From: a virus
Virus record (IMG/VR): IMGVR_UViG_3300014775_002125
Location: 32,001 to 96,000 of that record
DNA: 64,000 bases
Direction: 5' to 3' (one strand)
In this document: piece by piece, positions 48,836 through 57,033 of the stretch
Position numbering within the stretch: position 1 is the first letter of the stretch
How the letters are laid out: each line of letters begins with the position of its first letter
Notes under the pieces: model-generated
The model's database searches: none
What the model saw: only the letters and a program-made list of their open reading frames with translations
Told to the model about the DNA's origin: nothing
Position numbers and translations under genes: made by a program

Positions 48836-51739
48836 ATGATGGCTATTGAAAACTATAAATTTGTGTCTCCGACAGTTGAATTCCGTGAGGTTTTTCAAGG
48901 TCGCCCAAGAAGAGATGCTACTGAAGTCGGACCCGTTGTTATCGGTCGCTTCAGAAAAGGTCCCGGCATGGTCCCTACCGTTGTTCGTGACCTTAAAGAA
49001 CTAGAGCAGGTCTTCGGTGGACCTGAAGCTGGAGTAGGTTCCAGAACTAACGACTTTTGGCGAGAGCGTTTTCCACAGGCTCCGATGTACGCTTCTTACG
49101 CTGCATATGCCTACCTACAGAACGCTGGCCCACTAACCGTAATTAATGTTAAAGGGACTGCGAATAACGTAACTACCTCCGCTGGCTTTGCTGGTTACCC
49201 TAAGAGTGACAACGACCTAAGTCCAGACCCCACTGTAGCCTCTAACGCTGGTGCTTATGGTCTCTTCTTAATCGATTCAGCATCCCTCGATGGAACTGTA
49301 TATGGGGCAACTGGACAACTAGCTGCCGTTTGGTACCTAAACAGTGGTAGCTCCATTCGTCTAGCAGGTGATGAGATTGGCGGTACTACTGATGTTACTT
49401 CTGAAGATTCTGGTAGTTATCATTGGTTCTTGGGAGCAGAAGGCAAAGAATTCACTGCTATTATTAAACAAACTGGTGTAACTCAAACAGCCATCACCTC
49501 TTCTTTTAACTTCGATGAAAGTTCACCCAAGTTTATTCGTAAAGTTTTCAACACCAACCCTGTTAAAACTAACGATGCTCTTGTTGACACTTCTAAGTCC
49601 ACTAACTACTTACGCTACTATCTCGGTGAAACTTTTGAAGACGTTGTTGCTCGAAATATCGTAAGTTCATCTGCCGGAAAAGTTTATGGTTGTATTGTAG
49701 CTTTGGCACAGGGTAGTAAAAACTACGCAAACTACCGACACACTGCAAGGTCGGGTAGAACTGGCTGGGTTATTTCACAACACGTCGGAGATCCTGCAAA
49801 CTTTAACAAGCGTACAAATAGTCAAAAGCTATTCAGGCTAGTAGAACTAAACACTGGAGAGTATGCTACTAGGAACCTAAAAGTTTCTATTGCAAACGTT
49901 AGATACAGTAAAAACACAAACAATCAGTATGGACTATTTGACGTAGAGATTAGAGATATTTCTGACACTGACGCCTCTAAGTCCATTGTTGAGTCTTTTG
50001 TAAATTGTACACTAGACCCGAACTCTAACTCCTACATCGGTAAAAAAATCGGTACCAAGTACAAGGAGTGGGACTTCAACAGACAGGAATGGGTTGAGTA
50101 CGGTGAGTATGAAAATGTTTCGAAATTCTTCCGTGTAGAAATCGATCCCACCGTAGATGCTAGTTTGACTTCTCCTTCTTTGGTTCCGTTTGGTTTCTTT
50201 AGTGCTCCTCGTGCTGCTGGATTCTCGTCTAATCAGGGGGCATCAGCTGGCACTGGGGCGATTGTAACTGGATCTTCATTCACTGGACTGGCTACAGCGG
50301 CCCCTCACTCTGCTTTCGGGGCGATTGCACAGGTAAACAACTCGACCGCTAGTTATGTAATGCCAGAAGCTCCACTCGTGGATTATGCATCAGATAGCCC
50401 TGCTAATGATGTTCGAGACGCTTATTTCGGAGTTGCATTCAACAAAAGTGGTTCTACTGAGTACTATAAGGGATTTGTAGATTACACAAAGGTCTCTCCA
50501 ACAGGTCTAGATATCGACGATGAAGAAAATCAGTCTATCTTCACACTAGATGAGATCCGACAACAAGGAGTTGGTAGTACTCCAAGATACAATGCTTTCT
50601 TCCAAGAAGGTTCATATACTGAGGTTACCACGAACAACCAGTCTATTAGTAGGAGAGGGCCTGTTAGCCCACTCCCAATTGGGAACACTGGACACAAAGC
50701 AGTAATCGATGCTGGTTTTAACAACTTCACGATGCCTGTATTCGGTGGTTTCGACGGATTTGACATTGCCGAGAGAGAGCCTTTAAACCATAGAAGTGGC
50801 GGTGGCGCTCTTGAGTCTGGAGTTGACGAAACAACTTCAGCGGCTTATAGTTCCCTAAAAATTGCTATTGATTCTATTGCTGATCCAGAAGTTATTGATC
50901 TCAACGTCGCTTCAATGCCCGGAATCAAGAACGTAGGGCTAACAGATCGTCTAATCGATGTCTGTGAGGATCGTCGTGATGTTCTAGCGATTATTGACCT
51001 AGAAGGTGACTACACGCCAATCACAGAAGGAACTGCGGCTGTACTACCAAACATCGAAACCGTACTAAGTAACGTAGATACTCGTAACTTTAACAGTACT
51101 TACGCTGCCGCTTACTACCCATGGTGCGCTGCACAGGACCCCAGAACTGGTAACAAAGTCTGGCTACCCCCCAGTGTTCCAGCTTTAGGTACTCTTGCTT
51201 ACACTGAAAGAGTTGGTGAGCTTTGGTTCGCTCCTGCTGGCTTCAATCGTGGTGGCCTAAGTCGTCGTGCTGCTGGTATCAATATCACAGACGTCTCCAG
51301 AGTTACCAAAAAGCGTGACCGTGATCGTCTGCAAGATGTTGGTGTCAACCCAATCGCTAAACTCGGAAGAGACATTGTGATTTACGGTCAAAAGACACTA
51401 TCAGCAGAGATCATTGACACTAACAGAATCAACGTTCGACGCATGATGATTTACCTTAAGAAGACCCTAGCTAACATTGCGAAGGAAACTCTTTTTGAAG
51501 GCAACGTTCAGGCTACTTGGGATACTTTCCTAAGCCGTGTTGATCCTGTCTTGAAAAACCTAAAGTCTACTCTAGGTATTGAAGACTATAAGCTGGTCTT
51601 GGATGAGTCTACTACTACAGAAGCTCTCAAAGATCAGAACATTATGTACGCTATTATCGCTGTAAAACCTGTTAAATCTATCGAGTACATTGCCCTAGAC
51701 TTTGCACTACTAGATGACAGAGCAGCATTCAACGACTAA
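48836..51739 (+). CDS. gp18: Contractile tail sheath protein (gp18-like) with large insertions
   Basis: FVSPTV, G.FRKGP, YAAAYYPW, WLPPS, WFAPAGFNRG, GQKTL and RINVRRMMI motifs. Confidence 0.96.
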   Translation: MMAIENYKFVSPTVEFREVFQGRPRRDATEVGPVVIGRFRKGPGMVPTVVRDLKELEQVFGGPEAGVGSRTNDFWRERFPQAPMYASYAAYAYLQNAGPLTVINVKGTANNVTTSAGFAGYPKSDNDLSPDPTVASNAGAYGLFLIDSASLDGTVYGATGQLAAVWYLNSGSSIRLAGDEIGGTTDVTSEDSGSYHWFLGAEGKEFTAIIKQTGVTQTAITSSFNFDESSPKFIRKVFNTNPVKTNDALVDTSKSTNYLRYYLGETFEDVVARNIVSSSAGKVYGCIVALAQGSKNYANYRHTARSGRTGWVISQHVGDPANFNKRTNSQKLFRLVELNTGEYATRNLKVSIANVRYSKNTNNQYGLFDVEIRDISDTDASKSIVESFVNCTLDPNSNSYIGKKIGTKYKEWDFNRQEWVEYGEYENVSKFFRVEIDPTVDASLTSPSLVPFGFFSAPRAAGFSSNQGASAGTGAIVTGSSFTGLATAAPHSAFGAIAQVNNSTASYVMPEAPLVDYASDSPANDVRDAYFGVAFNKSGSTEYYKGFVDYTKVSPTGLDIDDEENQSIFTLDEIRQQGVGSTPRYNAFFQEGSYTEVTTNNQSISRRGPVSPLPIGNTGHKAVIDAGFNNFTMPVFGGFDGFDIAEREPLNHRSGGGALESGVDETTSAAYSSLKIAIDSIADPEVIDLNVASMPGIKNVGLTDRLIDVCEDRRDVLAIIDLEGDYTPITEGTAAVLPNIETVLSNVDTRNFNSTYAAAYYPWCAAQDPRTGNKVWLPPSVPALGTLAYTERVGELWFAPAGFNRGGLSRRAAGINITDVSRVTKKRDRDRLQDVGVNPIAKLGRDIVIYGQKTLSAEIIDTNRINVRRMMIYLKKTLANIAKETLFEGNVQATWDTFLSRVDPVLKNLKSTLGIEDYKLVLDESTTTEALKDQNIMYAIIAVKPVKSIEYIALDFALLDDRAAFND

Positions 51740-51762
51740 GAAAAGACTATAGGAGATAAAAA

Positions 51763-52311
51763 ATGAGTTACGGAGTTTTCTGGACTGATAGAAACTCAGA
51801 GCCAAAAAGAAATCACAGGTTTAGAGTATCCTTCGAGGGATTGAAAAATGTTCTAGGCGTTGATGATGTGAACTGGATGGCTGAGAAGGTTGATCGACCA
51901 AAACCAACAACGGCTTACAACGAGCTACAGTACTACCAACACACCTTCAAGTACCCCGGACGAACTACTTGGAACGATGTCACGATGACCTTCCGCGACC
52001 CTGCGCTACCTGATGTAATGCAAGGTATCTACGAAGTGTTTAGAGACGCTGGCTATGAAGTGCCTGATAGCCCTGCATTACTAGCTACTATTTCTAAAAG
52101 GAAAATGGTTGCTGCTGTAGGTGATATTACTTGCGCTATCATTGATTCAGATGGTGTTGAGATTGAGAAGTGGATTCTTAGAAATGCTCAGATTGGTGAC
52201 ATTACTCCTTCTGGTTTGTCACACACTGACACTGAGTTTGCTAAAGTTGACTTGACAATTAAATACGACTTTGCAGAGCTGAATGTACATAAGTCCCCTG
52301 AAAGCCTATAA
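51763..52311 (+). CDS. gp19: Tail tube protein (gp19-like)
   Basis: EPKRNHRF, YPGRTTWNDVTMTFRD, EKWILRNA and LTIKYDFA motifs; follows the sheath gene. Confidence 0.9.
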   Translation: MSYGVFWTDRNSEPKRNHRFRVSFEGLKNVLGVDDVNWMAEKVDRPKPTTAYNELQYYQHTFKYPGRTTWNDVTMTFRDPALPDVMQGIYEVFRDAGYEVPDSPALLATISKRKMVAAVGDITCAIIDSDGVEIEKWILRNAQIGDITPSGLSHTDTEFAKVDLTIKYDFAELNVHKSPESL

Positions 52312-52316
52312 TTTAC

Positions 52317-52345
52317 TTGACAAGCACTTTAAAATTGTTTAGACT
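52317..52345 (+). promoter_or_regulatory. Sigma70-type promoter
   Basis: TTGACA-N17-TAGACT in intergenic DNA. Confidence 0.55.
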
Positions 52346-52364
52346 TCTTTGAGTTGATACACTA

Positions 52365-52393
52365 GGGGTCTCCTCTGGAGGCCCCTTTTTTTT
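52365..52393 (+). terminator. Rho-independent terminator after the tail tube gene
   Basis: GGGGTCTCC-TCT-GGAGGCCCC followed by a T8 run. Confidence 0.9.
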
Positions 52394-52421
52394 GCTTTTT
52401 TTAATTTTGAAAGGATTGATT

Positions 52422-53246
52422 ATGCAAACCCCTAGTATTCGTGATTTAATGAAGCTCCCGAAGGCAGAGATTGTAGTTGAGCTACCGTCTGCTGGAAAGG
52501 AAATGTACCCAGAAACTTCAAGCCTTTATGGTGTCTCTAAGTTGACTCTAAAAAGATATGGAGCGGCTGAGGAGGACATCTTAGCGAACCCTGATTTGCT
52601 GCGAGATGGATCTTTCATTGACCATTTGCTTCGTAGTGTTATTCAGGAGCCTATTAACGTCAAAGAGCTACTTCCAAAAGACAAGGAGAAACTTCTAATT
52701 GTTTCAAGGGCGGAGTCTATCGAATCAGAATATAAGACTCCTGTAACCTGTGGGAAGTGTGGACATGAAGATAAGAACTTTGTGTTTGACTTGAAGGGTT
52801 TCGAAGACCGTGAAGTTGTTATGGAAGGCGTTCAGAAGGTCGGGGTCAATTTGTTTCGCACTGTTTTTCCTAGTTGCGATGCAGAGGTTGACTTTAGGAT
52901 CTTGAACGGAGTTGACTTAGATGAACTTTCAAAAGCTAAAGAAAAAGCTGAAAGTCGCGGGTATGCATTCTCTGAGACGTCTGAAGAACTGAAAATGAAG
53001 ATCGAGAGGATTGTATTTACTACGGATACTGACAGGTTTGTAATGGACAGTGTTCTACAGATTAAAGAGTTTGTTGGGTTACTACTTTCATCTGACATCA
53101 AGTTCTTCAGAAAGATTTACGACAGTGTTCAGCATGGTTTAGACCTGAAAAAACCTCATAAATGTCCTAAGTGTGGGCATAAGGAGGATGTTGCAGTACC
53201 GCTGCGAGAGAACTTTTTTTGGCCTGAACTCTCAACAAATAGCTAA
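52422..53246 (+). CDS. gp26: Baseplate hub / tail assembly chaperone (T4 gp26-like)
   Basis: ELPS.G..Y, EEDIL, D...LLI..R..S, CGKCG...CPKCG and terminal FFWP; upstream of the tape measure gene. Confidence 0.8.
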   Translation: MQTPSIRDLMKLPKAEIVVELPSAGKEMYPETSSLYGVSKLTLKRYGAAEEDILANPDLLRDGSFIDHLLRSVIQEPINVKELLPKDKEKLLIVSRAESIESEYKTPVTCGKCGHEDKNFVFDLKGFEDREVVMEGVQKVGVNLFRTVFPSCDAEVDFRILNGVDLDELSKAKEKAESRGYAFSETSEELKMKIERIVFTTDTDRFVMDSVLQIKEFVGLLLSSDIKFFRKIYDSVQHGLDLKKPHKCPKCGHKEDVAVPLRENFFWPELSTNS

Positions 53247-53406
53247 TACATACGAAGAGATTTTCCTGTTAACGAAGCATGGAGTTTTATCTTTCACAGA
53301 AGCCTACAATATCCCCACGGTCCTTAGAGTCTTTTTCTTAGAGAGGCTCAACAAATACATAGAGGACGAAAAAGAAGCCTACGAGAACGCCCAAAACAAC
53401 TCTTAA
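53214..53406 (+). CDS. Small chaperone extension (gp51/gpGT-like), probably reached by frameshift from the gp26-like gene
   Basis: YEEIFLL..HG..SFTEAYNIP...R.FFL.RL reading frame overlaps the upstream gene at a T7 run and has no well-spaced SD/start. Confidence 0.6.
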
Positions 53407-53498
53407 TCCTCCCTCAACCTCATTTAATCTACCTACAATTTTCCCTCAAAGACTATTTATAGGGTACAACAATATAAGTCCTGTGAGTGCGTCTAAAA

Positions 53499-55805
53499 AT
53501 GGCTAATGGAAACAATAATAATAACACGATCAACCAACGTGCTAAAACGGTTGCAGAAGCAAAAACTATAGTAGAAGCAAAGACTGTAATCAAGAAGATG
53601 GAGCTTGTTAGCGAGGTTTTGAAGGCACAGTTGGATAGGGTCTCCCTAGCCGAAAAGAAACTCGAAGACCTTGAAAAAGGTTCATTAGAGTACAATAAAC
53701 AGAAATTAAAGTTTTTGCAAGACCAATACGAAATGAATCAGAGGGTACTTATCTTAATTGAAAGGGGACAGTACTTTGCAGACACATCCGAAGAGAAACA
53801 GAAGGAAAAGTTAGAAAGGCTAAAAGAAGAATTAGATAAACAGGAGGAGTTGTTAGAAATAGCAGAAGAACGACTCGAAGTAGAAAAAGACTTAGCCAAT
53901 GAAGCAAAGAAAATCTCAGATAACTTTGGGACACTATTATTCGATACACTGACAATGAAGAGCTACAGCAGGTCTATCTTTAAGAATTTCATAGACATTA
54001 GAAAGAAGGGCTTGGACTGGAACCAAGTGACCGAGCAAGTAAATGAAAACATGAAGAAGATTGACATGCGAACAGTGGCTTTGGAGATTGGTTTCAAGGC
54101 TGTGTTTGCTGTTGTAGGTTTGGTCAAGGCGGCGACGATGGACATGGTTAAAGCTCTTGATGAAGCTGGTTCATCCATTGTTAAATTGTCTGGTACAACC
54201 CAAGGACGAGAAATGGTCTCTAGGCTCTATGGAACCGCAGACCAGATGACCACTTTTGGTTTAACTATTAGAGAAACTGCCAAGGCTCAGGGGGAATTGT
54301 TCCAGAACTTCCGCAAGTATTCAGAGTTAGACAAAAAAACTCAAACACAACTTGCAATGACTGGGGCGCTTTTTGAGGCGGCTGGAGGTAGTGCTAAAGA
54401 GTTCGCAGTATCCATGAACCTATTGAATAACGCTATGGGGCTAACTGTAAAAGAATCCGTTAGTATCACAAAGTCTCTAGTAGCATTTGGCCGACAACTA
54501 AAAATGGACCAAAAGACGATTCAGACAGGGTTCAATCAGGCTATGAAGGAACTCGCGGGCTTTGGCTTAGAGGGCGTCCAGATGTTCAAAGAGCTACAAG
54601 TCACTGCAAAGAAAGCTGGTGTGGAGGTCTCAGTGTTGACTAAAGTGTTCGGAGACGCCATGGATACCTTTGAAGGTTCCTCTAGGGTCGCTGCAACACT
54701 CAACACAATTCTAGGCGCCCAGTTCATTGACTCTAACAGGCTGCTCTTCGGTACTCGTCAAGAAAGAATCATGGAGGTGCTCAGAGGTTTTGAGAGGTCT
54801 GGTAAGGATTTCCGGTCTATGAGTTTCTTTATGAAAAAGGAGATCACTAGACAGCTAGGGTTTGCCAACATTCAAGAGGCTCAAAAGATTCTAGGAAAAA
54901 CTTCAGCAGAATATGCAAAAAGCCTTGAGGATATGAAGAAGGCTAAGGAAGTACAAAAGCCACTAGAAGACCTCGCAAAGACCGCCGCAACACTATCCAA
55001 GAAGTTCACGGCTCTAAAAACTCAATTCGCATTTATAGCTGAGGGTTTTCTTAAATTTGCTACACTTATTGTTGACGGTCTTCTTTGGATGGGAAACACT
55101 CTCGGTGGCTGGGGGAGAGTTATCAGTGGGGTTATAATAATTTATGGGACCTATAAGATAGCTGCATTTGCCTTCGCTGGGTTTACTAAGTTAATGGCAG
55201 GATCTTTAGGGCTTCTAGGTCCTGCCTTGGCTAAAGTTGGGCTTGGCATGGGAACGTTTTTAAGGGCTATTGCTGGAGGTGGTAAGGGTGTTCTGATTTT
55301 GGGAGGGATTGCTCTTGCTATCGCTGCTATCGCCGGGTCTTTTGCAGCCTTTAAAAGTAGCCAAGCAGCCTTTCTAAACGCCCAAGCAAATATGGCAAAT
55401 GCGGTTGGAAAATTAAAAGACTTCAAAGCAGATCCAGTTATCGGGGAGTTCGATAAGTTCTTTGCAGTCTTTACTGATTCAAAAATGAAAGGTTTCTTAA
55501 AGTTTGCCAATGTATTAAGTCAAGTTAGTAGCAACATGAAGGAGCTTTCAGCAACTAGTCTTTCTGGTGGCGTTCAAAGTACTACTGGAAGTGCTGCTAG
55601 TAACATTGTAAAAAACGTGAGTACTAACCAAAAGAGAGTCATGGTATTAAAAACAAACACGGTAAAACTAGCAACAAACGACAATACTCCTATATTTAAA
55701 CTTGGAGCTGTAAACGTGACTCTAACAGGTGATACTCTCATGGATTCAAAGAGGTTTAAAGAAGCACTGGAAGAGGCTATTAGAAACATGAGATCGCGTC
55801 AATAA
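53499..55805 (+). CDS. Tape measure protein
   Basis: Long helical Ala/Gly-rich protein with C-terminal hydrophobic segments; follows the tube and chaperone genes. Confidence 0.8.
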   Translation: MANGNNNNNTINQRAKTVAEAKTIVEAKTVIKKMELVSEVLKAQLDRVSLAEKKLEDLEKGSLEYNKQKLKFLQDQYEMNQRVLILIERGQYFADTSEEKQKEKLERLKEELDKQEELLEIAEERLEVEKDLANEAKKISDNFGTLLFDTLTMKSYSRSIFKNFIDIRKKGLDWNQVTEQVNENMKKIDMRTVALEIGFKAVFAVVGLVKAATMDMVKALDEAGSSIVKLSGTTQGREMVSRLYGTADQMTTFGLTIRETAKAQGELFQNFRKYSELDKKTQTQLAMTGALFEAAGGSAKEFAVSMNLLNNAMGLTVKESVSITKSLVAFGRQLKMDQKTIQTGFNQAMKELAGFGLEGVQMFKELQVTAKKAGVEVSVLTKVFGDAMDTFEGSSRVAATLNTILGAQFIDSNRLLFGTRQERIMEVLRGFERSGKDFRSMSFFMKKEITRQLGFANIQEAQKILGKTSAEYAKSLEDMKKAKEVQKPLEDLAKTAATLSKKFTALKTQFAFIAEGFLKFATLIVDGLLWMGNTLGGWGRVISGVIIIYGTYKIAAFAFAGFTKLMAGSLGLLGPALAKVGLGMGTFLRAIAGGGKGVLILGGIALAIAAIAGSFAAFKSSQAAFLNAQANMANAVGKLKDFKADPVIGEFDKFFAVFTDSKMKGFLKFANVLSQVSSNMKELSATSLSGGVQSTTGSAASNIVKNVSTNQKRVMVLKTNTVKLATNDNTPIFKLGAVNVTLTGDTLMDSKRFKEALEEAIRNMRSRQ

Positions 55806-55813
55806 GAGGAAAA

Positions 55814-56719
55814 ATGAAAATGGTAAAGAAAAAGGGTGTAGGACCAATAGAAACAGAGTTTACTCGTAGAATTGATGAAGACCCATATGTAAAATACCTA
55901 CACGAAAAGAAGCTACAGACACTAGACATTGAGCATCTTCCTACTGGTCTTGTGGTTCAATTTCCGGGGTTTATCTCACAGTTTTCTCAGAACTTTAACT
56001 CTAACTGGCAATCTAATGACGTCTATGGGAGAATGGACGACATCGCTATCTTCCAGAGAACTACAAGATCTATCAGTTTAGGCTTCAGTACTATCGCTTA
56101 TTCTCTAAGAAATGCTGAACAGAACATGGAAGCTGTTGATAGGTTCATTCAGTTTCTTTATCCGATGTATGATACTAGAAGTGAAAGAAGTTTTTCTAAT
56201 CGGAGGGCAGCAACGGCAAGACAGAAACAAATACAAGGTTCTAATACTAGTGCTAGATCGAAAAAAAAAGCTAAAGTAACAAAAATAATCACAACGGATA
56301 CCTTTAAAGATAAAAAAGGAAATTCGATAAAAAAGACTAATAATTACTACACTGTCGGTGGTTACAAGGGTGGTGTACTAAAAGCTCCTCCTTTGTTGCG
56401 CCTTAAGCTTTCGAATTTAGTTACCAACACCTTAAAAGATAACCCACAGGGAATCTTAAAGACTGGTCTAACTGGGAAAATAACAAACCTTGGCGTAAAT
56501 GTTGACGTTGAAGCTGGATTTTTCGACCCCGATGTATTCTTATTACCGAAGAAAATGGACCTAACTTTCACATTTGACGTCATTCATTCTCACAAGGTTG
56601 GCTGGGAGTTCTCTAGTAAGGTGTTCATGGGAGGCTCTGAGTTTCCTTTGGGTGAAATAAGAACTGAACGATACAACCAAGGAAGAAACGTAGACGGAAC
56701 AGGGGATAATAACGAATGA
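55814..56719 (+). CDS. Baseplate tube-initiator protein (gp48/gp54-like)
   Basis: FSQNFNSNW...VYGRMD.I..FQ.T.RSISLGF, LYP.Y, PPLLRLK and LPK motifs. Confidence 0.7.
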   Translation: MKMVKKKGVGPIETEFTRRIDEDPYVKYLHEKKLQTLDIEHLPTGLVVQFPGFISQFSQNFNSNWQSNDVYGRMDDIAIFQRTTRSISLGFSTIAYSLRNAEQNMEAVDRFIQFLYPMYDTRSERSFSNRRAATARQKQIQGSNTSARSKKKAKVTKIITTDTFKDKKGNSIKKTNNYYTVGGYKGGVLKAPPLLRLKLSNLVTNTLKDNPQGILKTGLTGKITNLGVNVDVEAGFFDPDVFLLPKKMDLTFTFDVIHSHKVGWEFSSKVFMGGSEFPLGEIRTERYNQGRNVDGTGDNNE

Positions 56720-57030
56720 GACCTAAAGGCGAAATCTTAGTGAATACCGACGAGCGATTTGAGGCTTTCGGCAAGAACTTTGAATACATCAGCACAATCA
56801 CACTACAACAGCCAACCCTCGAAGAAGAAGATACTCTGAGAACTATTGAGTATGAATGGAGCTTTGGGGATCGTTGGGAGACTGTCGCTCAGAGATTTTA
56901 CGGGGACAGAAGATACTGGATTGCCCTCGCTCAATACAACCTAAAGCCTACCGATTTTCATTGCAAGCCGGGAGATATTGTTGATATTCCTTCTCCTGTT
57001 GGTAGACTATTAGAATTTATGGGGATGTGA
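56716..57030 (+). CDS. gp53: LysM-like baseplate protein (gp53/tail X-like)
   Basis: GDRWETVAQRFYGDRRYWIALAQYN...GDIVDIP. Confidence 0.8.
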   Translation: MRPKGEILVNTDERFEAFGKNFEYISTITLQQPTLEEEDTLRTIEYEWSFGDRWETVAQRFYGDRRYWIALAQYNLKPTDFHCKPGDIVDIPSPVGRLLEFMGM

Positions 57031-57033
57031 TAG

